DNA of 64,000 nucleotides, from NCBI GenBank assembly GCA_903844815.1, contig CAIMVD010000161.1:9025-73024 (forward strand). The letters run 5' to 3'. The notes under the pieces were generated by a model. The model had not been told where the DNA came from and ran no database searches. It saw only the letters and a list, made by a program, of their open reading frames with translations. The position numbers and the translations under genes are program-made. The stretch's first letter is position 1. Every line of letters begins with the position of its first letter. The stretch comes from an uncultured Bacteroidota bacterium (GTDB taxonomy: Bacteria > Bacteroidota > Bacteroidia > Bacteroidales > VadinHA17). Shown here one piece after another: positions 37,524-47,117 of the stretch.

Positions 37524-38274
37524 CCTTGAACGAAAGAACCGGCTTATTTATGGTTCCAAGATATTTTGTCAATTCCTCATTAATATCTTCACTTCCGATA
37601 ATTATTCCATCGGAATACTTTATAGCCAGTTTTGAGACATTTACAAAATCAGGGTTTTTAACCATTTTAAGGTTTTCCCCGTCTATTCCGTCGAAACGCA
37701 GTTTGTCGGCGAATGTTGATCTAAACGGAATTTTGAAGTCATTATTATATATGGAATAGATAATTTTGTAGTTATGAAACAGAGGATCGTCATTATATAT
37801 GCTTCTGAGGTAAACCGGGACGAGAGCAGACATCCAACCGTGGCAATGAACAATGTCGGGAGCCCAGCGCAGTTTCTTCACTGTCTCAATTACTCCCCTT
37901 GCAAAAAACAGTGCACGCTCATCATTGTCCTCAAATTCCTTGCCTGAATGGTCGCTTACAGTATGCTTTCTCTGGAAATAGTCATCGTTATCAATAAAAT
38001 AGACCTGCATCCTGGCTGACTGTATAGAAGCCACCTTGATGATCAGAGGGTGATCGGTGTCGTCAATAATCAGATTCATTCCTGAAAGACGGATCACCTC
38101 ATGAAGCTGGTTCCGCCGTTCATTAATACACCCATACCTCGGCATGAATGTCCTGATTTCTTTGCCTCTTTCCTGGATACCCTGGGGAAGAAACCTTCCT
38201 ATCTTCGACAACTTTGTCTCACCTAAGTATGGAGTGATTTCCTGTGAAATGAATAATACCTTCCTGCTTTCCAT
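37468..38274 (-). CDS. short glycogen/starch-synthase-like protein (GT5 N-terminal domain only)
   Basis: 268 aa. Resembles the N-terminal half of GlgA (VLFISQEITPY..., PDIVHCHGWMSALVP). It lacks the KxGGL motif and the whole C-terminal GT1 domain. Confidence 0.65.
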   Translation of the reverse strand: MESRKVLFISQEITPYLGETKLSKIGRFLPQGIQERGKEIRTFMPRYGCINERRNQLHEVIRLSGMNLIIDDTDHPLIIKVASIQSARMQVYFIDNDDYFQRKHTVSDHSGKEFEDNDERALFFARGVIETVKKLRWAPDIVHCHGWMSALVPVYLRSIYNDDPLFHNYKIIYSIYNNDFKIPFRSTFADKLRFDGIDGENLKMVKNPDFVNVSKLAIKYSDGIIIGSEDINEELTKYLGTINKPVLSFKDETQYIDAYNDFYDQILP

Positions 38275-38313
38275 TTATTTACGTGCCTGGATATACCATC
38301 CCGAACTAAGGTG

Positions 38314-38321
38314 CAAAGATA
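38314..38321 (-). promoter_or_regulatory. candidate -7 box (TATCTTTG) for the GT5-like gene
   Basis: Plus strand reads caaagata, 40 nt upstream of the ATG at 38274. Confidence 0.3.
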
Positions 38322-38522
38322 GCAAAATTTATTAACATAATTTAAAATGAGATATTCCAACCAGACTCTAATTTATTTCTCCTTAGAGTATCTTACCGCA
38401 AAATGTTGTTACTTTATTAAAAAAAGTATATTAACGATTCAATGGCGTTTAGTTAAGGAATATTATTACCAAACATGGAAGGAGTATTTTACCACCGAGA
38501 CCACTCTGCTTTCTTGTGTTTT

Positions 38523-38580
38523 TACCCCCCAACCCCCCAGGGGGGTGTTCTTAAATCCCCCCTGGGGGGCAGTGGGGTGA
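38523..38580. repeat. short copy of the TACCCCCCAACCCCCC... palindromic element
   Basis: taccccccaaccccccagggggg at 38523-38545. C6AG6 (38533-38545) is the exact reverse complement of C6TG6 (38557-38569), with an 11-nt loop. The right end cagtggggtga is a degenerate second arm. The ORF-track ORF 38347..38580 merely translates this element. Confidence 0.75.
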
Positions 38581-38656
38581 GAATATGGGAGTGAGAAACT
38601 GATTATCCGGGCTTAATTAAACGACATTGATTAATAATTTTATAAATGTTGGCAGA

Positions 38657-39514
38657 ATGAAGGTTATTAAAACAGGAGGAGACCTGCAGGCAACAATCGG
38701 GCAGCTTAATAAATCACCACTGGGTTTTGTACCAACAATGGGCGCTCTTCATGAAGGCCACCTGTCGCTTGTCGAAAGTGCAGCGGAGATATGCCCTGTT
38801 GTAGTTGTAAGCATATTCGTCAATCCCACTCAGTTCAATGACAAGAATGATTTGAGGAATTATCCCAGGACACCCGAAAAGGACATGAAGCTTCTGGATA
38901 AGGTGTTGCGGCTGAACGATATGGTTTTCATGCCTGATGTAAATGAGGTTTATCCCCAGGAAGATAAGAGACAGTTCCATTTCGGGAACCTCGACAATGT
39001 TATGGAAGCCCTGCACCGCCCCGGCCATTTTAACGGGGTTGCCCAGGTTGTCAGCAGATTATTTGAAATCGTAAACCCCGATATTGCATTTTTCGGACAA
39101 AAAGATTTCCAGCAGCTGGCAGTAATAAAGGACCTTATTCGACAGACAGGCAGCAAAATTAGTATAATCGGCAACCCTATAATCCGCGAAGACGACGGAC
39201 TGGCCATGAGCAGCAGGAATACCCTTCTTGAGCCTGACATAAGAAAAAATGCTCCGGTGATCTTTAAAACAATTTCAGCCGCCGCCCTGATGATAAAGGA
39301 AAAAGAGATCCCTGAAATAAAAATGTACGTCTCGGAAAAAATCGGAAGAGTACAAGGCTTCGAAGTGGAATACTTTGAGATTGTTGATGATATTGAACTT
39401 ATTCCTGTGAATTCAGGAAATCAGTTTAAAAGGGGTAGAAAATATTTTGGCTGTATTGCCGTTAGAGCAGGAAAGGTAAGGCTTATTGATAATATTGAAA
39501 TCGGGGTGACCTGA
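38657..39514 (+). CDS. panC: pantoate--beta-alanine ligase
   Basis: FVPTMGALHEGHLSL, NPTQF and FGQKDFQQ. I place the start at the ATG at 38657 (MKVIKTGG) rather than the TTG at 38627 used by the track. Confidence 0.9.
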   Translation: MKVIKTGGDLQATIGQLNKSPLGFVPTMGALHEGHLSLVESAAEICPVVVVSIFVNPTQFNDKNDLRNYPRTPEKDMKLLDKVLRLNDMVFMPDVNEVYPQEDKRQFHFGNLDNVMEALHRPGHFNGVAQVVSRLFEIVNPDIAFFGQKDFQQLAVIKDLIRQTGSKISIIGNPIIREDDGLAMSSRNTLLEPDIRKNAPVIFKTISAAALMIKEKEIPEIKMYVSEKIGRVQGFEVEYFEIVDDIELIPVNSGNQFKRGRKYFGCIAVRAGKVRLIDNIEIGVT

Positions 39515-39529
39515 TTTAAAAAGGATGCT

Positions 39530-39537
39530 TACCTTTG
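39530..39537 (+). promoter_or_regulatory. candidate -7 box (TACCTTTG) for panD
   Basis: Exact TAnnTTTG match 33 nt upstream of the ATG at 39570. Confidence 0.35.
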
Positions 39538-39569
39538 CATGATAAATTGCAGGTTCCAGATATTTTATA

Positions 39570-39920
39570 ATGATAATAGAAGTAGTCAAATCAAAAATTC
39601 ACAAGGTAACCATCACTGGTTCCAATCTTCACTATATAGGAAGTATAACTATTGATGAGAATATTATGGATGCAGCCAACATAATAGAGAATGAAAAGGT
39701 CCATGTACTGAACCTGAACAATGGTGAGCGTCTGGTGACTTACGTAATAAGAGGTGAAAGAGGGTCCGGAGATGTCTGTCTGAATGGTGCCGCAGCAAGG
39801 AAAGTAATTGCAGGTGATGTGGTTATAATTATGTCGTATGCAATGCTCGATTTCGAAGAAGCAAAAACATTCAAACCCACAGTCATATTTCCCGATACAA
39901 AAACCAATAAACTCATCTGA
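39570..39920 (+). CDS. panD: aspartate 1-decarboxylase (pyruvoyl-dependent)
   Basis: 116 aa. [24 protein letters not shown] carries the G-S self-cleavage site; NGAAAR is also present. Confidence 0.9.
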   Translation: MIIEVVKSKIHKVTITGSNLHYIGSITIDENIMDAANIIENEKVHVLNLNNGERLVTYVIRGERGSGDVCLNGAAARKVIAGDVVIIMSYAMLDFEEAKTFKPTVIFPDTKTNKLI

Positions 39921-39922
39921 AT

Positions 39923-40963
39923 TTGAAAAAAGGTATTCTGCAGACAGCTAAGTTCTCTGCCTTCCTGGCAGTGGGAGTACTATTGCTATGGTTCGCTTTT
40001 CGCAGCGTCGACTTCTCAAAACTTGGAGTTGAACTGAAGAATGCTGACTACTCCTGGCTCATTTTGTCAGTAATTTTCGGTTTCCTGGCATTTGTTAGCA
40101 GGGCACGGCGTTGGGTTCTGCTAATTCACCCGCTCGGATTCCGTCCTGCCACCCTCAACGCCTTCTGGGCATTGATGACAGGTTACCTGGCAAATATAGC
40201 TTTGCCCAGGATTGGTGAAATAACCCGTTGCGTAGCCCTCGGGAAAAAGGAGCTTATACCTGTTGATAAACTTATAGGTACTGTAGTTGTGGAAAGAACT
40301 ATTGATTTCTTTTCACTTTTGACAATAATGATCGGGCTTCTTATAACCAGCAGCGACAAGATTAACCAGTTTCTGACTGACAGTATTCTGATACCCCTCC
40401 AGCAGAAAGTAACATCAGTTTTCGGCAACACCTGGGCTATCTGGCTTATACTTGCAGTAATCGGATGCGTTGGCCTTTTCCTCATTATCAGATATAAACA
40501 CGACCTCTGGAAGATCAGGTTTTTTGCAAAAATGTTCACCATGGCAAAAGGCATAATCGACGGTCTTAAGTCGATTACCAATCTTAAAAGAAAATGGGAA
40601 TTCATATTTCATACCGTTTTTATCTGGGTAAACTATACCCTTATGACCTGGGTGGTAGTTTTTTCACTCGAAAGCACATCTCATCTCACCTTAATTGATG
40701 GTATTTTCCTGCTTGTAATAGGAGGACTTGCCATGTCGGCTCCGGTACAGAGCGGCCTTGGAATTTTTCATTATACAATATCGCGCGGTTTGCTCATTGT
40801 AAATGGTGTTCCGATCGAAGATGGGCTTGCCTATGCCCTTCTCACCCATGAATCTCAGCTCATTTTCGTTGCAATTGTCGGTGCAATTTCCTTCTTCATG
40901 ATTTTCAAAAAGCACCCGAAGGAAAAAGTTGAGGTGAAAGCGGAGTCAATAATAATCAACTAA
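39923..40963 (+). CDS. UPF0104 / lysylphosphatidylglycerol-synthase-TM-region (flippase-like) membrane protein
   Basis: 346 aa, about 8 TM helices, with RARRW and PRIGEITRC motifs typical of the family. There is no ATG near the N-terminus, so the TTG at 39923 is the probable start. Confidence 0.7.
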   Translation: MKKGILQTAKFSAFLAVGVLLLWFAFRSVDFSKLGVELKNADYSWLILSVIFGFLAFVSRARRWVLLIHPLGFRPATLNAFWALMTGYLANIALPRIGEITRCVALGKKELIPVDKLIGTVVVERTIDFFSLLTIMIGLLITSSDKINQFLTDSILIPLQQKVTSVFGNTWAIWLILAVIGCVGLFLIIRYKHDLWKIRFFAKMFTMAKGIIDGLKSITNLKRKWEFIFHTVFIWVNYTLMTWVVVFSLESTSHLTLIDGIFLLVIGGLAMSAPVQSGLGIFHYTISRGLLIVNGVPIEDGLAYALLTHESQLIFVAIVGAISFFMIFKKHPKEKVEVKAESIIIN

Positions 40964-42324
40964 TGGCCAAAATCAAATCAGTATTTGTCTGTCAGAATTG
41001 CGGCGCCGAATCGGCTAAATGGATCGGGAAGTGTCCTTCATGCAAGGAGTGGAACACCTACCACGAGGAAATTATAGCTCCCGCCTCAGCACACGCTTCT
41101 GCTTTTAACTCAGGCAAAGAAAAAAGAAAACCTGAACTTCTCGACAATATAAAACCTGACGAGCATGGCCGGTTAAAAACAGGGCTGGCTGAACTCGACA
41201 GGATTCTTGGCGGCGGTATTGTGGCCGGATCGCTGATCCTGCTCGGAGGCGAGCCCGGAGTTGGAAAATCAACCCTGGCCCTGCAGCTTGCACTGGCTCT
41301 CAAGGGGAAAGATATCCTTTACATTTCGGGTGAGGAGAGTGAAGAACAGATAGGCATGAGAGCACGGAGAATGAAGCATACCAACCCGCAATGCTATGTT
41401 CTTAGCGAAACTGAACTTGAGGCTATTCTTACACATGCCGGGAATTTAAAGCCCGGACTGATAATTATCGATTCCATTCAAACCATGAGCACCGCGATGA
41501 TCGAATCATCAGCCGGTTCGGTATCGCAGGTAAGGGAATGTGCAGCCCAGCTTCTTAAATACTCAAAAATAACAGGCATCCCTATTTTCCTGATCGGACA
41601 TATAACTAAGGACGGAACGCTGGCCGGCCCTAAGGTGCTGGAACATATCGTCGACGTGGTTCTTTATTTTGAAGGGGACAATAACTATGTCTACAGGATA
41701 CTGCGGGCTGTAAAAAACAGGTTTGGCTCCACTGCTGAACTGGGCATTTTTGAGATGGTGGAATCAGGCCTCAGAGAGGTCGACAATCCCTCCGAGATGT
41801 TTATAAACCACCACGAAGAAGCCCTTAGCGGTATCTCTATAGCTGCCACTGTTGACGGCTTAAGGCCATTCCTCATCGAAACCCAGGCTCTTGTAAGCAG
41901 TGCGGTTTACGGAACCCCGCAAAGAAGCTCCACGGGCTACGATATCAGACGTCTTAATATGCTTCTGGCTGTCCTTGAGAAACGTGCAGGATTCAGGCTG
42001 GCTGTGAAGGATGTATTCCTGAATATTGCCGGGGGGATAAAAGTCAGCGACCCTGCCATCGATCTGGCTATAATCAGCTCGGTGCTTTCGTCAAACCTCG
42101 ACATACCCATTGGCCGGGAGATCTGCTTCGCAGCTGAAACAGGCCTTTCAGGCGAAATCAGACCGGTTTCGCGTGTTGAACAGAGAATAAGGGAAGCCTC
42201 AAAGATGGGATTCACAAAGATCTATATCTCAAAATATCACAGGAATATCGCCCTGAACGGACTTGACATTGAAGTGATACCCGTTGGAAAGATAGAACAC
42301 CTTGTAAGGTCGTTGTTCGCCTGA
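40963..42324 (+). CDS. radA: DNA repair protein RadA/Sms
   Basis: 453 aa. Zn finger CQNCG...CPSC, Walker A GGEPGVGKST, KNRFG and a Lon-like C-terminal domain. Confidence 0.95.
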   Translation: MAKIKSVFVCQNCGAESAKWIGKCPSCKEWNTYHEEIIAPASAHASAFNSGKEKRKPELLDNIKPDEHGRLKTGLAELDRILGGGIVAGSLILLGGEPGVGKSTLALQLALALKGKDILYISGEESEEQIGMRARRMKHTNPQCYVLSETELEAILTHAGNLKPGLIIIDSIQTMSTAMIESSAGSVSQVRECAAQLLKYSKITGIPIFLIGHITKDGTLAGPKVLEHIVDVVLYFEGDNNYVYRILRAVKNRFGSTAELGIFEMVESGLREVDNPSEMFINHHEEALSGISIAATVDGLRPFLIETQALVSSAVYGTPQRSSTGYDIRRLNMLLAVLEKRAGFRLAVKDVFLNIAGGIKVSDPAIDLAIISSVLSSNLDIPIGREICFAAETGLSGEIRPVSRVEQRIREASKMGFTKIYISKYHRNIALNGLDIEVIPVGKIEHLVRSLFA

Positions 42325-42336
42325 GGAAACGATCCG

Positions 42337-44688
42337 TTAAAAACGTTCCCTTCCATATACTGACCTAGACCGGGTATTTTTTCTGACCTGATCGCAATCG
42401 AGGTTAACATTGAAACCAGCAGGACGCTCAAATTCGTCGGCCTCCAGAATGCCGAACTGCGGATCACTGTAGATCTTCTGAAGGAATATCGCGAAAACAG
42501 GAAGAGCCATATTGGCTCCCTGCCCCTCACTCAGGTTTTCAAAGTGGATCGCCTGATCTTCCCATCCGCTCCAGACCCCGGCTACAAGATTTGGAGTAAC
42601 ACCCATAAACCATCCGTTTGCATGGTTCTGTGTAGTCCCCGTCTTGCCACCGATCTGGTTTGTGAAATTATATGGTTCGACCCTCATTCTTCTGCCTGAT
42701 CCTGAATTCACTACCCCCTGTAGAAGATTAAGCATCAGGTAGGCCTGATCCTCACTTAGTACTTCTTCAATTTTCGGGGTGAACTTCGAAATAGTATTGC
42801 CATTCTTATCCTCAATTCGTGTTACATACATCGGCCTCGTATATACTCCCTTATTGGCAAAAGTTCCGTAAGCGCCTACCATCTCTTCAAGTTTTATATC
42901 GGAGGTTCCCAGAAAAATTGAAGGATAAGGTTCGATGTAACTTCTTATCCCCATCTTTTTCATAAGATCAACGACTGCCGTGGGTTTGAACTGCTGCATC
43001 AGCCAGGCAGAAATATAGTTTTCCGACTGGGCCAGACCCCAGGCAAGAGTCACCATCTTACCATGAAATTCCTTTGGTCCCGAACTTCTGGGTGTCCATG
43101 GAACTGAATCTCCCGGCAAATTGAAAGTCCGCGGGATATTCTCAACCTCATAGCACGGCGAATAGCCGTTCTGCATGGCAATTGTATAAAGGAACGGCTT
43201 GATTGTACTTCCAACCTGTTTCTTTTGCTGGGTGATGGCATCGTATTTGAAATACCGGAAGTCGGGTCCTCCCACATAGGCTTTTACATAACCAGTATGG
43301 GGATCTTCAACCAAAAATGATGACCTTATAAAATATTTATAATATCTGATTGAGTCGTAGGGCGACATTAAGGTATCCCGTTCTCCCTTCCATGAAAAGA
43401 CTTTCATTCTCACCGGCGTATTGAATGCAAGCATTATTGAGTCATCCGAAACACCGCGGGCTCTCATCAGGTAATACCTGTCGCTTTGTTTAACCGATTT
43501 GAGCAGAAGATCCTCGACTTCTTTTTTTGAAAGATCGTTTGAGTAAGGCGGATTGGAATAGTATTTTGCCCTTTTATGGAAGTCGGGCTGGACTTCCTTC
43601 GAAAGATGTTCAGCCAATGCTTCTTCGGCATATTTCTGCATCCTGGAATTCAGGGTGGTATATATTTTCAAACCATCCCTGTAAACATCATATGGAGTTC
43701 CGTCGGGTTTTTTATTCTTTTTGCACCATCCGTAGAGTGGATTATTATCCCATTCCCACTTTGCGTCATCATACGACGCCTGCTGCAGGTACTTGGTCCT
43801 GTCTGGTTCCGGCTTCCTCATAATATTTGTAAGGTACTGCCTCAGGTATGTGGCAGGCCCCGAATTATGGTCATCAATCCTGAAATCGGTCTCAATGGGC
43901 AGTTTCTTTACAGAGTCTGCCACAGCAGGTGTAATATATCCGTATTTAGCCATCTGGGAAAGGACTGTATTCCGGCGCTGAAGCATAATCTTGTAATTCC
44001 TTACGGGATTATACTTTGTCGAAGCCTTCAGCATTCCGACAAGCACAGCCGACTGCTGAAGGTTAAGTGAGTCGGGAGTTGTATTGAAATAGACCCTTGC
44101 AGCCGATCTGATACCTATTGCATTATAGCTGAAATCAAACTTATTCAGGTACATGGTGATAATCTCTTCCTTGGTATAGCTTCGCTCGAGCTTTACTGCC
44201 GTCTGCCATTCCTTGAATTTTGAAACACCCAGCTTGATCTTCCACATTAACGGGGTATTCCTTGCAGTATCACGCGGATAAAGCTGTTTAGCAAGCTGCT
44301 GGGTGATAGTGCTGCCTCCTCCGGTACTCTGACCAAGCATAACAGTAAGTATTGCTGCCCTGCCCAAACCGCGGATGTCGATCCCTGAATGCCTGTTGTA
44401 CCTTATATCCTCGGTTGCAATAAGTGCATCAGTAAGTGATGGGGAAAGATTTTTGTATTCGGTCCATGTACGGTTCTCAATGCTTATCTTCCCCAGAAGA
44501 GCGCCATCCTCGGAATAAACCTCCGCAGCAAGATAATACTCGGGGTTCTCAAGTTCACCGAAAGATGGCATTGGGCCAAGTTTCTCCTTCGATATCAATA
44601 TGAAGAGAAAAATTATAAATACGAAGGGGAAAATGAATAAAGACCAGAACCAGATCAGATATTTTCTGTTATTGTTAGTGCCTTTCAT
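42337..44688 (-). CDS. mrcA: class A penicillin-binding protein 1A (glycosyltransferase + transpeptidase)
   Basis: 783 aa. N-terminal TM helix, GT51 motifs (ATEDIRYNRHSGID, GGSTITQQLAK), transpeptidase SxxK (GSTIKP) and KTGTT. Confidence 0.9.
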   Translation of the reverse strand: MKGTNNNRKYLIWFWSLFIFPFVFIIFLFILISKEKLGPMPSFGELENPEYYLAAEVYSEDGALLGKISIENRTWTEYKNLSPSLTDALIATEDIRYNRHSGIDIRGLGRAAILTVMLGQSTGGGSTITQQLAKQLYPRDTARNTPLMWKIKLGVSKFKEWQTAVKLERSYTKEEIITMYLNKFDFSYNAIGIRSAARVYFNTTPDSLNLQQSAVLVGMLKASTKYNPVRNYKIMLQRRNTVLSQMAKYGYITPAVADSVKKLPIETDFRIDDHNSGPATYLRQYLTNIMRKPEPDRTKYLQQASYDDAKWEWDNNPLYGWCKKNKKPDGTPYDVYRDGLKIYTTLNSRMQKYAEEALAEHLSKEVQPDFHKRAKYYSNPPYSNDLSKKEVEDLLLKSVKQSDRYYLMRARGVSDDSIMLAFNTPVRMKVFSWKGERDTLMSPYDSIRYYKYFIRSSFLVEDPHTGYVKAYVGGPDFRYFKYDAITQQKKQVGSTIKPFLYTIAMQNGYSPCYEVENIPRTFNLPGDSVPWTPRSSGPKEFHGKMVTLAWGLAQSENYISAWLMQQFKPTAVVDLMKKMGIRSYIEPYPSIFLGTSDIKLEEMVGAYGTFANKGVYTRPMYVTRIEDKNGNTISKFTPKIEEVLSEDQAYLMLNLLQGVVNSGSGRRMRVEPYNFTNQIGGKTGTTQNHANGWFMGVTPNLVAGVWSGWEDQAIHFENLSEGQGANMALPVFAIFLQKIYSDPQFGILEADEFERPAGFNVNLDCDQVRKNTRSRSVYGRERF

Positions 44689-44707
44689 TTACATATGATG
44701 TTTGGGC

Positions 44708-44715
44708 CAAAAATA
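44708..44715 (-). promoter_or_regulatory. candidate -7 box (TATTTTTG) for mrcA
   Basis: Plus strand reads caaaaata, 20 nt upstream of the ATG at 44688. Confidence 0.35.
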
Positions 44716-44807
44716 GTAATAAATAAAGAATGTTAACTGTTTATTTTGAAGTTTGGTGCCTAATTGATTTACTTTGTCGTCGCAAATAAGAATAAATATT
44801 TCCTCCG

Positions 44808-47108
44808 ATGATCGAAAATCTTGTTATTGTTGAATCTCCTGCCAAAGCGAAAACCATTGAGAAATTCCTGGGAAAAGATTTCCGGGTAGTGTCTAGTTTC
44901 GGACATATCAGAGATTTGGCCAAAAAAAATCTTGGTATTGATGTTGAAAAGAATTTTACCCCAAATTACGAAATACCTAAAGAAAAGGCAAAAGTGGTCA
45001 GTGAATTGCGCAAGGCCGCTGCCGAATCAAAGACTGTCTGGATCGCTTCTGACGAGGACCGTGAAGGGGAAGCCATAGCGTGGCATCTTGCCAATGTCCT
45101 TAAGCTGGATCTGAATACGACAAAGCGAATCGTCTTTCATGAAATAACCAAGGAAGCAATCTCTCATGCCATTGAGAATCCCCGCCTTGTCGATATGAAT
45201 CTCGTAAATTCACAGCAAGCCCGTCGTATACTCGACCGGCTTGTAGGATTTGAGATATCACCTGTTTTATGGAAGAAGGTACAGCCTTCGCTCTCCGCCG
45301 GAAGGGTACAGTCAGTGGCTGTAAGGCTGATAGTTGACAGGGAAAGGGAGATCATTTCTTTCAAATCCGAATCATCCTTCAGGGTGACTGCCAGCTTCCT
45401 TACCGAAATGAATGCAACAGAAAACGCATTACTCAGGGCTGAAGCTTCCAAAAGATTTCAGGGTGAAACAGAAGCTGCCAAATTTCTGGAGCTTTGCGGC
45501 GAATCGCAATATACAATAGGCAATGTCAGCGTCAAACCGGGCACCCGGTCTCCTGCACCTCCATTTACAACATCCACCCTGCAGCAGGAAGCCTACCGTA
45601 AGCTGGGTTTTTCGGTTGCACAGACAATGGCAGTAGCCCAGAAGCTTTATGAGGCAGGAAGAATTACATACATGAGAACCGACTCGACGAATCTTTCCAA
45701 ACTAGCCCTTGAGAAGTCCAGGGAGATGATCATATCGGAATATGGGGCAAATTATTCAAAGACCCGTCAGTTTGCCACCAAGTCAAAGGGAGCGCAGGAG
45801 GCACATGAAGCCATCCGCCCGGCATATCTCGACAATCCGGCGGTTGCGGGAAGCCTGAATGAGAAAAGGCTATACGACCTGATATGGAAAAGAACAATAG
45901 CATCTCAGATGGCCGATGCCCAGATTGAGAAGACAACAATCACAATTGATATGAACAACTCCCCGGTCATATTCCAGGCTGTAGGAGAAGTTATCAAGTT
46001 CGATGGCTTCCTCAGGGTATATACCGAATCAACCGATGCAGAAAGCACAGATGAAGACAAATACATTATTCCACCTGTAAAAACCGGAATGCCTCTCTGG
46101 TACGAAAATATAACAGCCACTCAGAGATATACAACCCCTCCCCCGAGATACACCGAGGCCAGCCTTGTCAAGAAACTTGAAGAACTTGGTATCGGCAGGC
46201 CATCGACCTATGCTCCTACAATATCCACAATACAGAACAGGGGCTATGTCTCACGCGAGGACAGGCCCGGCGAAAAACGTCAGGTTAAAATTATGATCCT
46301 TTTGAAGGGAAGGGTTACAAAAAGCGAAAAAAGCGAAATCGCCGGTAAAGAAAAATCAAAGCTTTTCCCGCAGGACATTGGCATGATTGTAAATGATTTT
46401 CTTGTGGAGAACTTCACTGAAATTGTTGATTTTCATTTTACTGCCGAAGTAGAGGAACAGTTTGACGAGATTGCTCTCGGAAATCTCAAATGGACCGGGA
46501 TGCTTGAGAAGTTCTATGCTCCGTTTCATAAAACTGTTACTGCCACCCTTGAAAAGAAAGAGAGGAAAACCGGGGTAAGGGTACTTGGAAATCATCCCGA
46601 AACGGGAGAACCTGTTACAGTAAGGATGGGGAGGTTTGGACCTGTAGCACAAATAGGCGAAACGACCGATACTGAAAAGCCACGATTTGCAAGCCTCTCA
46701 AAAAACCAGCTTATTGAGACAATTACCCTCGATGAGGCCCTTAACCTGTTCAGGCTTCCCAGGTCGCTCGGGGAACATGACGGAGCTGAAATGGTCATCG
46801 GAGTAGGCAAATTCGGACCCTATGTCAGATATAAAAGTAAGTTTTATTCTCTTAAAAAAGGAGTTGATGATCCCTATTATATAACCGTTGAAAGAGCTTT
46901 TGAACTGATAAATGAGAAAAACGAAAGCGACAGCAAGAAGATGATCCGGGACTACGATGAAATTAAGCTTCTGAACGGGAGGTATGGTCCTTACCTTGTC
47001 AGGGATAAGAAGAATTACAGGCTCCCGAAAGGAACCGACGCTGAGAAACTAAGCAAGGAGGATTGCATAAAAATTATTGAAGACAGCGACAAAACCAAAA
47101 AGAGCTGA
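44808..47108 (+). CDS. topA: DNA topoisomerase I (type IA)
   Basis: 766 aa. TOPRIM domain LVIVESPAKAKTI...DEDREGE, the active-site region GRITYMRTDS, and cysteine-free C-terminal repeats (GKFGPY, GRYGPY). Confidence 0.95.
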   Translation: MIENLVIVESPAKAKTIEKFLGKDFRVVSSFGHIRDLAKKNLGIDVEKNFTPNYEIPKEKAKVVSELRKAAAESKTVWIASDEDREGEAIAWHLANVLKLDLNTTKRIVFHEITKEAISHAIENPRLVDMNLVNSQQARRILDRLVGFEISPVLWKKVQPSLSAGRVQSVAVRLIVDREREIISFKSESSFRVTASFLTEMNATENALLRAEASKRFQGETEAAKFLELCGESQYTIGNVSVKPGTRSPAPPFTTSTLQQEAYRKLGFSVAQTMAVAQKLYEAGRITYMRTDSTNLSKLALEKSREMIISEYGANYSKTRQFATKSKGAQEAHEAIRPAYLDNPAVAGSLNEKRLYDLIWKRTIASQMADAQIEKTTITIDMNNSPVIFQAVGEVIKFDGFLRVYTESTDAESTDEDKYIIPPVKTGMPLWYENITATQRYTTPPPRYTEASLVKKLEELGIGRPSTYAPTISTIQNRGYVSREDRPGEKRQVKIMILLKGRVTKSEKSEIAGKEKSKLFPQDIGMIVNDFLVENFTEIVDFHFTAEVEEQFDEIALGNLKWTGMLEKFYAPFHKTVTATLEKKERKTGVRVLGNHPETGEPVTVRMGRFGPVAQIGETTDTEKPRFASLSKNQLIETITLDEALNLFRLPRSLGEHDGAEMVIGVGKFGPYVRYKSKFYSLKKGVDDPYYITVERAFELINEKNESDSKKMIRDYDEIKLLNGRYGPYLVRDKKNYRLPKGTDAEKLSKEDCIKIIEDSDKTKKS

Positions 47109-47117
47109 TAGAAAACC

